From the IMG/VR virus record IMGVR_UViG_2706796142_000001, positions 11,148 to 75,147 of that record: DNA of 64,000 nt. One strand, written 5' to 3'. Position numbers and translations under genes: made by a program. This DNA is from a virus. Its lineage: Duplodnaviria > Caudoviricetes. How positions within the stretch are numbered: position 1 is the stretch's first letter; each line of letters begins with the position of its first letter. Below are positions 56,106-64,000 of this stretch, piece by piece. The notes beneath the pieces are model-generated. The model saw only the letters and a program-made list of their open reading frames with translations, was not told where the DNA came from and did no database searches.

Positions 56106-56837
56106 CTACGGGGCAGTTACCTGAACGGCTGATCCAGAAAGAGGCAGGAAGTATGCTCCAATTCCATCATGCTGAATTGTAAGAGTACCTGACTTTTTCT
56201 CTGCTGCTGACGGTGTGTAGACGATGTTCAGTACAACTGCGGCATTAGCCACAAGCTGCACCGGCAACCCGGAAGAGGTTGTTACTGTAAAGTCTTTGGT
56301 CATATCCAAAGCACTGATAGTCAGTGTTTGAGTACCAGTATTGGTCAACGTCACCTGCTGAGTTTCACTGGATCCAAGAGGAACATATCCGAAGTCGATA
56401 TTTTCCACAGAGAGGGCCAGATTTCCAACATTTGACGGTACGCCAAAGCCAGACAGAACGATGAACTCTTCACCACGGGAATCACCCGTGTCTACGTAGA
56501 TACCACCTTGACGTGAACCAGTGGCAGCAGGGTTAAAATTGACTGTAATATTACAGGTTTTCCCTTCAGCCAGAGTCCCACCAATTGGGCAGTCAGTTGT
56601 CATGGTAAAATCGCTGGTTACACGGATATCCTTAATAGGCAGATCCCGAAAACCTTCATTGATGAGGGTAGCATTCATGCTCCGGCCTTGTTTACCAACA
56701 AGAACAGAGCCAAAAGTCAGTGAGTCAGGTACAAGACTCCCCTTAAAGGGAATCCTGTACGGGTTTTTCTGAATCACACGACTTGAATACTGGTCACTCA
56801 ACTGAAAATCGCTGATATCCCGGTATTCGTTCGGCAT
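56106..56837 (-). CDS. Protein with two ASH/choice-of-anchor-D Ig-like domains
   Basis: Two repeats of (L/I)xFG.V..G......TL.N.G...L.I....S/KDF...........C.I.V.F.P...G...G.L.I. Confidence 0.75.
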   Translation of the reverse strand: MPNEYRDISDFQLSDQYSSRVIQKNPYRIPFKGSLVPDSLTFGSVLVGKQGRSMNATLINEGFRDLPIKDIRVTSDFTMTTDCPIGGTLAEGKTCNITVNFNPAATGSRQGGIYVDTGDSRGEEFIVLSGFGVPSNVGNLALSVENIDFGYVPLGSSETQQVTLTNTGTQTLTISALDMTKDFTVTTSSGLPVQLVANAAVVLNIVYTPSAAEKKSGTLTIQHDGIGAYFLPLSGSAVQVTAP

Positions 56838-56839
56838 TT

Positions 56840-57220
56840 TTATGCTCCAGTAGCAGGCTGTTCAGCCGCATCATCAGTAGAGGAAGCATCAGCAGTAGTA
56901 TCAGCCGGAGTTTCAGCTTCAGTTGCCGTAACAGCCGCTGCATTTTTGGCATCAACACCGTCGAAGTAGGCTTGCAGGGCTGGTTCTGCCTGATCCAGAG
57001 GATTACCGTTGCCGTCATAAGCAAATGAGAACCGGAAACGCTCAGTAGAAACCTGACCAGCGATGCTCACAGTGAATACACCAGTAGCATTCTTACCGTC
57101 AAAGCCATCCAGAGACTCAATGGCGTAGGTTACGTCAACGGCTGAGGACTTATTCTCCACGATGATACCGTTGTCATAGGTGACGACTGAGCCAATTACC
57201 TGATTTTTAGTTACGGACAT
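56840..57220 (-). CDS. Tail-associated hypothetical protein
   Basis: 126-aa ORF directly after tailspike; beta-rich with acidic tail. Confidence 0.7.
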   Translation of the reverse strand: MSVTKNQVIGSVVTYDNGIIVENKSSAVDVTYAIESLDGFDGKNATGVFTVSIAGQVSTERFRFSFAYDGNGNPLDQAEPALQAYFDGVDAKNAAAVTATEAETPADTTADASSTDDAAEQPATGA

Positions 57221-57242
57221 TTTGATCCCTTACTTTGATGAG

Positions 57243-57264
57243 AAAAACTGCCCTTTCGGGCAGT
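57243..57264 (-). terminator. Rho-independent terminator
   Basis: ACTGCCC-GAAA-GGGCAGT plus T tract on the minus strand. Confidence 0.75.
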
Positions 57265-57278
57265 CATAGAGCTACTGG

Positions 57279-59876
57279 TTAAACACTACCAGAACCAAAA
57301 CTGACTGAACCATCAGCAAGATACCAGAATTCCCCATCACAGAAGCACAGACGCTTTTGCGTCACACCATTACCCGTTACTGCATCAGTAACAATGATGA
57401 AGCTCCATGGGTTATTCACAGCTCTTGGTAACGTTGCCACAGTACAGTGCTGTACACGGGTACTTTGCGTACTTGGCTGGGTAGCCAAGAAGATATCTGT
57501 ACCGTTGTACTGGATCGGCAAGTGTGGACTGGCATTTGTTGATTGCAGAGCCGGGCCATCTATAACCACTTTACCATCAGTCAGGTTCATACCCAGACCA
57601 CTAGAGGAGTTGTTCACACTCCAATGAGCTGGAACCTGTACAGCAGCAGGAACAGTAGCCATATCAATGGTAGCGAACACAGGAGAGAGGTAGAAGTGCT
57701 GACCACCCTCAAAGTTTGACTTGTCATTGGTGTGGAACGTGGTAGCAACACCACCAGTATAACCACGCAGACATACGAACAGACGTGGACGGTTCTTGTT
57801 ACCCAACAGAATACGAACATCTGAAATAGGCGAAGCCTGTTCACCATACCAAGATGCTGCCATTTTGGTATCGCTGTCTTTCTGCTGAACACGAATTACG
57901 GCTTTACCACCACCGTAGTTGGTACTTGCAGGACGAGCACCAGCGACTGCTGAGTCAAAGTGACCAGTACCCACCAACTCGATATCACAACTAACACCAG
58001 TGGCTCCAGAAAAACCAAGTGTACCGACTTCGAACCAGACAGCATTCTCAGTCATATTCGCCATTTTGTACTGAGATGACTCATAGCCGAAGCTCATGCT
58101 TCCTGTGTTAATGAAGCCCAGTACATCAAGGTTTGCTGTACCACGTTCATACACTGAGTTCACCCAAGAAGGCATTGAACCAGAGGGATCCTGTGATGGG
58201 TCATAACCAGATACGTCAGCACTCAGACCAGCACCCTGTGCAAAACGACACTTGATCAGGATGACCTTCGCATACTGAGAAGCCGATGGCAGAACGGAGT
58301 TTTCTTGGGTCACGTTTTTCAGTAACCAGCCGCCCTGTGAAATATCGAAGCCCTGATTACAGTGGTCAAACCAAACGTCTTCCATAACCGACTGACCAGC
58401 ACGAATGGCACTGAAGGCATATTCGCCAGTGTGTCCTTCGAAGTTGGCATCCGTCAGCTTGATAGCAGTTGGGTGATCCCATGCACCGGGGTTTTCATTC
58501 GACCAGTCTGTACGGAAGAATGATCCTCGACCTTGAGAAGAGTAAATCTGATCCAAGGTAGTATCGATGGTGTCGTATACATGGAATGCACGAGCACCCC
58601 AGCTACGTGCCTGAATGCAAGACAGACGGCAGTAGTCACCACGAGTCACAGTGTTAACCATAAATGGTTGAACGCTTGTGTCAGTACCAATTACCGCAAT
58701 GTTACTTACGCTCATACGACGAGCTTTGTAACTGAACATTGGAGTGGTGGACAGCGGATTAACACTGACAATTCGGGAAGACGGTAAACGCCCGTATACG
58801 TTAAAAGCACCAGTCATAATGAATGACGGAATTTCAGTCGTACCATTATCAAAAGAACTTAACGCTGTTGGGCCTGCTGGTAATCTGATACCGGGGTTGA
58901 ACGTAACATCGATGGATCGACTCCAAGCGAACATACGTTTAACCGCAGGCATGTCATCTGTTACACCATCGGTCACAGCACCGAACTGGGTGATCGTCAT
59001 TTCATTGACGCCCAGATCTCGACGCCAGTGCCAGTTAGCATTTACAGATGCACGGTAGCCACCATCTTCAGTACCCGCTGCATTTACTGCAATCAGAAGA
59101 CCACCACCACGTCCGGTGCCTGCCGCATACTCTTTCAGGAAGACACGTTGACCAGCAACAGTGGGGACGGTAGTAGCCAGAGCTGCCCACGTTGCAACCT
59201 GACCCACATTCTTCAGGCCATCCGGTGCAGCGAACTTGGCATAAATACCAGTCTCAACGGCAGCGATCTGAGCAATCAGTTCGTCTACTTGGTTCGCTAC
59301 CTGATTAATCAAAGCAAGTTCAGCTTCAACATTCAGGATACGTTCCATGTTGTCAGAGACATTTTTCACAGAAGCAATGTTATCGCCTACTGCTACTACC
59401 TGAGCCAGATTGGTATAGACCGCACCGATCTCATTCAGCTTTGGAACCAGAGCAGCAATATCCGGCAACTGAGCATACACAGCCAGAATCTCAGCTTGGT
59501 GTGAATGCAGGTCTACCAGTGCAGGCGTATTTGCTTCGAGATCCAGTAAAGCAGGAAGGTTGTCATGCAGAGTCATCAGCTCTTGCAGTTTGGCTGCGAG
59601 GTCAATCAGACCTTGTGCCTGTGCTGCCAGAGTAACCACATCATCTGCAATCCCGGCAACGATATCAATGTTACCCAGATCAGCAGCTACCCGAACCAGT
59701 TCATCCATGTGGTGAGCCACATCGTAAACTTCTTTCAGGTGGAAGGAGACGTGCTTAATGAAAGACATGTTCAGTGCCACAAAGCGTACAGTGTCGTATG
59801 CGTTGCCAATGAACTTGTCTACCAGTAAAGCGTTGCCGCCCGGTGAGACATTGTTATTTACCGTTCTCATATTCAT
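57279..59876 (-). CDS. Tailspike / EPS-capsule depolymerase
   Basis: N4-type anchor LVDKFIGNAYDTV, coiled-coil stalk, ITQFGAVTDGVTDD pectin-lyase-like beta-helix start, ENPGAWDHPTAI. Confidence 0.85.
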   Translation of the reverse strand: MNMRTVNNNVSPGGNALLVDKFIGNAYDTVRFVALNMSFIKHVSFHLKEVYDVAHHMDELVRVAADLGNIDIVAGIADDVVTLAAQAQGLIDLAAKLQELMTLHDNLPALLDLEANTPALVDLHSHQAEILAVYAQLPDIAALVPKLNEIGAVYTNLAQVVAVGDNIASVKNVSDNMERILNVEAELALINQVANQVDELIAQIAAVETGIYAKFAAPDGLKNVGQVATWAALATTVPTVAGQRVFLKEYAAGTGRGGGLLIAVNAAGTEDGGYRASVNANWHWRRDLGVNEMTITQFGAVTDGVTDDMPAVKRMFAWSRSIDVTFNPGIRLPAGPTALSSFDNGTTEIPSFIMTGAFNVYGRLPSSRIVSVNPLSTTPMFSYKARRMSVSNIAVIGTDTSVQPFMVNTVTRGDYCRLSCIQARSWGARAFHVYDTIDTTLDQIYSSQGRGSFFRTDWSNENPGAWDHPTAIKLTDANFEGHTGEYAFSAIRAGQSVMEDVWFDHCNQGFDISQGGWLLKNVTQENSVLPSASQYAKVILIKCRFAQGAGLSADVSGYDPSQDPSGSMPSWVNSVYERGTANLDVLGFINTGSMSFGYESSQYKMANMTENAVWFEVGTLGFSGATGVSCDIELVGTGHFDSAVAGARPASTNYGGGKAVIRVQQKDSDTKMAASWYGEQASPISDVRILLGNKNRPRLFVCLRGYTGGVATTFHTNDKSNFEGGQHFYLSPVFATIDMATVPAAVQVPAHWSVNNSSSGLGMNLTDGKVVIDGPALQSTNASPHLPIQYNGTDIFLATQPSTQSTRVQHCTVATLPRAVNNPWSFIIVTDAVTGNGVTQKRLCFCDGEFWYLADGSVSFGSGSV

Positions 59877-59880
59877 CGTT

Positions 59881-60585
59881 TTATACCCATCCTCGCTTTC
59901 TAAAGCAGGAGTTAGTTGTGGAGATGCTGGAGTTTACTAAGTCGTGCTGCTCCACTTCATCACAGACGCTGGCATAAACACTCATGTGTTCCTGAGCCTT
60001 TGCCGTGCTCACATCCGTGTTCATGTGGCTAAACACTTTATACGCGATGAATGCTACGAGTGCTCCTTCCAGAACTTGAGGAAGATGAATATCTTGATCC
60101 TCATCGTTCGGTAAGAGTTCGGGATGTTTTGCCTGATACAGAACGCTAAGAGATACACCAGTCCTTGGGTTCGGAACCTGAAGGATTTTCCCTGTTGGAG
60201 TAAACAGTGAGTCCGACCGTTCGTTATCGTTTAATGGCAACTTCTGTCCGACGCCATTATAGACTGATAAGATCTTAATAACATCTTCCGTAAACGGTTC
60301 ATTAAACAGATCTTTAATGTATGGATACCCTACTACTTCTGGGTCAAAGTAGGACTCAGCATACATCCGTAACAGATGATAATTGGTGATGTGATCCACC
60401 AACTCAATCATCACATCTTTCTCTTTCAGGATGAACCGACCATAGAGTCGAGTCAGTCCTTCATTGGCGTAGTGGAGGATACGAGGCTTCGCATCTTCCA
60501 GAATGGAACCAACACCATCCATCCCAATAGATAGGTTGCTCAGTTCCCCATAGGACAACGTTTTATACAGTTCAGAAATTTTCAT
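59881..60585 (-). CDS. Head-tail adaptor (N4 gp67-like)
   Basis: LSYGELSNL, NEGLTRLYGRF, YQAKHP; follows terminase. Confidence 0.82.
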   Translation of the reverse strand: MKISELYKTLSYGELSNLSIGMDGVGSILEDAKPRILHYANEGLTRLYGRFILKEKDVMIELVDHITNYHLLRMYAESYFDPEVVGYPYIKDLFNEPFTEDVIKILSVYNGVGQKLPLNDNERSDSLFTPTGKILQVPNPRTGVSLSVLYQAKHPELLPNDEDQDIHLPQVLEGALVAFIAYKVFSHMNTDVSTAKAQEHMSVYASVCDEVEQHDLVNSSISTTNSCFRKRGWV

Positions 60586-60592
60586 CTGGCCC

Positions 60593-62197
60593 TCAGACAA
60601 TGTAGCTGGATAGTGCCGTTACTGGTGCTGCTCTTTCGTCATCATCCCAAACGGAAGTCTCTTCTGAGCCAACAAAAGAAGACTCTGAGGGTTTCCACGG
60701 GGTGAGATATCCGAGCATTGAAACGCCGTCAATACAGTCATCTTTCCCTTTGATGCCACTCTGCGTAGCAAGACGCAGTTGACCCAGAGCAATCTGTAAA
60801 TAGTTCTGGTGCTTGTGCTCATTAGGGAAGTAGATTTTTCCTGCCTTGAACCAAGGAACAACAATATTAAATCGTGTCAATTTATCGGTGACTGGACGGA
60901 TGCCCGGCTCACCAGATTTGGACGATGAAGCAAAGTTGAACCAGACATTCCTGATCATCATCTCACGCTGAAGCCATTGTATAAACGCATTTTGTTGTCC
61001 GGTGACTTCGATACCGACAGCTTGTGGTTTGTACTGCTGGCACAGTCTGAACAGGTCATTAATATTCTTGTCCATAGTCTGGCGTTTAACAATGCCATCG
61101 ACCAAGAACCAGTCACCATTGGAGTTAAAGCCCCACACAAAGATAACCGAGTAGTCGGCTGTCTGTTTGGCTGAGGTGGCAAAGTCAGTGGTGATATAGA
61201 AGTTGAATGTCTGCTGATTCTCGATTAACAGTGACCGGTCATACCAACGCATATCCGAATCCTGAACCAGACGTTCTTCTTCAGAGGTAATGCGCAGCAT
61301 CAGCTCTTGCATGAAGCCAGATACCTTACCTGTCTTGACTGCCATTTCCCACTGAGCTTCGATGTACTCATAAGGGAAACGGTCTTCCCATGCACCGACA
61401 AACTCTTCACGGCTACAAGGCCAGCGTTCACAAACAGGCCACACGTTCACATCCCATGCACCTGACTCAACGGCTTCAATAAGAATGTCGTCTTTGTTAA
61501 ATGGCGTACCATTGAAGATTACCTTTCTCTTCGTTGGATCCATTGCGTGGTTCACACCTTTATATACGGTGTCCTTAATGGCTTCCATTGAGACACGGGA
61601 TTTGGAGTCATCATCTGATACCAAGTCATCCAGCACACAGAGCACAGGACGCTTACCAAAAATCTTCGTACCACGAAGACCTGTCTTGGCACCGAACATC
61701 TTGATACCCAGTCTGTGGTTTCCTTTATTGGCAAACTCAATGTAGTTGTCAGTGAACTTGGCAACCGGGAGCCACTCCTGAAGAAACTCAGAACTGTTGT
61801 ATCGGAACTCAATGTTCTTTCTTGCAGACTTAACGCCGTTATCCATTGAGTCTGAAACATAGATCATTCCAGTAATGTCACCGAAGTTTGGAAGTCCACC
61901 GAACATAGCAATGAATGGTGCAAAGTATTCCATAAACAAAGTTGTCTTTGCTGCACCACGAAAACAGAGATTGGCAATATACTCACTACCACTAATCACT
62001 TTGTCTAACATGGCAAGGTGTACAGGTGGAGTAACGTTAGACTCTCCTGTTCCACCATTGACCAGTTTAATAAAGTTCATGAAGATAAGTGAGAACTCTG
62101 AAGGTACATAACCACTAGAGTTCAAGTAAGAGTAACTTACATTGTCTAACCACTTATCCAACTCTTGTTTAAGCAGGGTCTTCTTAGCTGTTGTCAT
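60593..62197 (-). CDS. Terminase large subunit (N4 gp68-like)
   Basis: FRGAAKTT, LCVLDDL, FNGTPF, nuclease TTDFA, KDDCIDGVSM. Confidence 0.95.
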   Translation of the reverse strand: MTTAKKTLLKQELDKWLDNVSYSYLNSSGYVPSEFSLIFMNFIKLVNGGTGESNVTPPVHLAMLDKVISGSEYIANLCFRGAAKTTLFMEYFAPFIAMFGGLPNFGDITGMIYVSDSMDNGVKSARKNIEFRYNSSEFLQEWLPVAKFTDNYIEFANKGNHRLGIKMFGAKTGLRGTKIFGKRPVLCVLDDLVSDDDSKSRVSMEAIKDTVYKGVNHAMDPTKRKVIFNGTPFNKDDILIEAVESGAWDVNVWPVCERWPCSREEFVGAWEDRFPYEYIEAQWEMAVKTGKVSGFMQELMLRITSEEERLVQDSDMRWYDRSLLIENQQTFNFYITTDFATSAKQTADYSVIFVWGFNSNGDWFLVDGIVKRQTMDKNINDLFRLCQQYKPQAVGIEVTGQQNAFIQWLQREMMIRNVWFNFASSSKSGEPGIRPVTDKLTRFNIVVPWFKAGKIYFPNEHKHQNYLQIALGQLRLATQSGIKGKDDCIDGVSMLGYLTPWKPSESSFVGSEETSVWDDDERAAPVTALSSYIV

Positions 62198-62873
62198 CGT
62201 GAACTGCCTCACCTTCGATAATCTTGGTAGCAGCAATCTCTTTAATAGACACACCACTACCAATCAAATCACGTTGTTGAACAGCCATCTTGCCCAGCAA
62301 GTCCTGCAATTCGTTGATACCGGACTGTGGACGCATATCGATATTCAGCAATGGCCCCACTTCTTTTGGTCTGCCCAGATGGGTCAGGATAGAGTTGGCA
62401 GCAGCCACTCTGTCTCGTGAGCACACGTTCGGGTCATTCATGATAAGTGCTTGGGTGTTGATCGCCTTTTGATGGATATCTTGGTTCAGTACCCAAGTCG
62501 GAACCAAGGACTGTTCCATAATCAGGTTTACCAGTTTGCCCTTGGCATACATGGAAACGTAGGCACGCATATCCTTATCACTGGTTCCTTTTACCAGCAT
62601 GTTCTGGTATCGGTCAGGGAAGGTTTTGAAATAGGCATCCTGATTCGAGTCACCCATCAGCTTGTAACTGACATAAGTCACAGCCCGGATGTAATCCTCA
62701 ATCTTAAACTTGCCGTCCTTCATGACGCCACTGTACGCTACAAAGTTATCTCTAACCTGTTCAGCAATAATCTGGTCAGTGGTGATATTGTTGAGCAAAT
62801 CTACCATCTGATCCGTTACTGCACCTTTAAGGTTGGCAGGTAACGCCCTGACCACTACGTCTTTACTCAGCAT
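62184..62873 (-). CDS. N4 gp69-like protein (probable terminase small subunit)
   Basis: YIRAVTYVSYKLMG, YAKGKLVNLIMEQ, AAANSILTHL; directly upstream of TerL. Confidence 0.8.
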   Translation of the reverse strand: MLSKDVVVRALPANLKGAVTDQMVDLLNNITTDQIIAEQVRDNFVAYSGVMKDGKFKIEDYIRAVTYVSYKLMGDSNQDAYFKTFPDRYQNMLVKGTSDKDMRAYVSMYAKGKLVNLIMEQSLVPTWVLNQDIHQKAINTQALIMNDPNVCSRDRVAAANSILTHLGRPKEVGPLLNIDMRPQSGINELQDLLGKMAVQQRDLIGSGVSIKEIAATKIIEGEAVHDDNS

Positions 62874-62892
62874 ATTTGTATCCTATATATAG

Positions 62893-62913
62893 AAAGGGAG
62901 GCCGAAGCCCCCC
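62893..62913 (-). terminator. Rho-independent terminator
   Basis: GGGGGGC-TTCG-GCCTCCC plus TTT on the minus strand. Confidence 0.7.
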
Positions 62914-62936
62914 TGTTTGGAACCAGTAAAGAAGGG

Positions 62937-63284
62937 TTAAATCTTGCAGCCTTCACAGTCATCATCCGCCAGACCAGACACTAAGTCATTGGCCTGTTGC
63001 TCTTTATAACGAGCCTCGCAGATACGGAAGCCTAAGAAAGCTCCAATCTGACGCTTGGCATCACGGTAGGCAAACTGCTCACCGAACTCTTTATTGTAGT
63101 TTTCTGCCGAGGCACATGCACTCTGGCCTACAACCTTGAACCCATTATGGAACGTCAGAGCACAGATAGTCAGCAGACCCAGATAGGCATACTCGACTGT
63201 CTTAATCTCTGCTGGGATTTCTTCCTCGGCTACACGAGGTGCTACGGCTGCTGCTTTGAGTTCTTCTTCGGTTGGTGCTGGCAT
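62937..63284 (-). CDS. Phage N4 Gp49/Sf6 gp66 family protein
   Basis: LTICALTFHNGFKVVGQSACASAENYNKEFGEQFAY matches the family pattern TxCxLxLxNGFxVxGxSACxxxENFxxxxG. Confidence 0.8.
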   Translation of the reverse strand: MPAPTEEELKAAAVAPRVAEEEIPAEIKTVEYAYLGLLTICALTFHNGFKVVGQSACASAENYNKEFGEQFAYRDAKRQIGAFLGFRICEARYKEQQANDLVSGLADDDCEGCKI

Positions 63285-63303
63285 TTTAATATCCTGGTTA
63301 TGA

Positions 63304-63343
63304 TTGACGATTTAGAATATAACCTGTATATAACTTTAGTCAA
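63304..63343. promoter_or_regulatory. Overlapping divergent sigma70-like promoters
   Basis: Plus: TTGACG-17-TATATA; minus: TTGACT-16-TATATT. Confidence 0.55.
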
Positions 63344-63664
63344 GTCTAAATCCTTATGGAAATGGAAGCATCCCCCTATTGTGCTTCGCACAGGAGGAAG
63401 GAAGAAAAACCAATACAATCAACTACATACAAATTCCATTAGGAATGTTCTTAGTGCCATGCTATAACGTTCCTACGACAGCATTAACCCAAGCCGATAG
63501 TGGGGATGTAACATCGGCAGCTAAAGCAGATTCGCCTCCTGTCATGATACAAGTGACAAACAACATAGAAGCTGTGATTTAGTGATACAGGAAACAGGGA
63601 ATGCTTGCAGGCATTCCTTTTTTCTTACCCTTATTCTTTCCTCAAACTTATATGCAGGTCATAT

Positions 63665-63955
63665 ATGAAACTCTCAGAAATTAAGCAGATAGACCTTACC
63701 CCCGGTAAAGGTTCAGGAACGGTACACACTAAAACTGGAGCCAAGGAAAGAGAATCTCGATGCTTGAGAGTTATCAAACAACATGAACTTGTTTACTCAG
63801 AAGAGTTTGGGGTTCTCATTACTATCGCTCCGGGTAAGTACCAACGTGGACTTCCCAATGGAACCAGATACCAAGGGATACCTGTTAAGCCAGCTACAGT
63901 GATGCAAGTAAGAGAATCATGGATTATATATTTTTATCCAGAAGTTGCTAGGTAG
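63665..63955 (+). CDS. Hypothetical protein
   Basis: ATG at 63665 after CAGG, MKLSEIKQIDL; AT-richer right-end gene. Confidence 0.55.
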   Translation: MKLSEIKQIDLTPGKGSGTVHTKTGAKERESRCLRVIKQHELVYSEEFGVLITIAPGKYQRGLPNGTRYQGIPVKPATVMQVRESWIIYFYPEVAR

Positions 63956-64000
63956 CTTCCTCCTATTTATATCGTATTAACAGTACTGATTTTTGATATA

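Noticed and set aside
63379-63582. 67-aa plus-strand ORF near the right end
   Set aside because: Weak start and RBS, no motifs; cannot be supported from sequence alone
1-64000. CRISPR array, integrase, transposon or terminal repeat
   Set aside because: No regularly spaced repeats or recombinase motifs seen; genome ends appear to lie outside the window

Overview
Central and right 64 kb of a lytic N4-like podophage genome (Schitoviridae). The 8 tRNAs, Dam methylase, rIIB with an L7/L12 insert and EPS-depolymerase tailspike suggest an Erwinia/enterobacterial N4-like phage of the Ea9-2/Frozen type; this is an inference from gene content, not a database result. The + strand (1-31.6 kb) carries middle genes: three AAA ATPases, a VWA metallopeptidase, dCTP deaminase, Dam, ThyX, rIIA/rIIB, helicase, PolA, nuclease, primase, Sak4-like protein, SSB, RuvC and a tRNA array. 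The - strand (31.7-63.3 kb) carries the late module: 3523-aa virion RNA polymerase, ejection and structural proteins, major capsid, portal, lysis cassette, tailspike and terminase. No integrase, CRISPR array, intron or intein was seen. The least explained signals are: (1) several highly structured non-tRNA modules interleaved with the tRNAs, one closed by a perfect 12-bp stem and ending in CCA and two with UGAGA T-loops; (2) about 80-nt multibranch elements placed between terminators and the next RBS; (3) an L7/L12 domain in rIIB bounded by a 14-nt in-frame direct repeat; (4) short peptides shared between unrelated phage proteins (AEPVQETKAE, APRxSLF, a PolA motif-A copy). All RNA structures were read by eye, not computed. 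N4 gp numbers are assigned from synteny and remembered family features.
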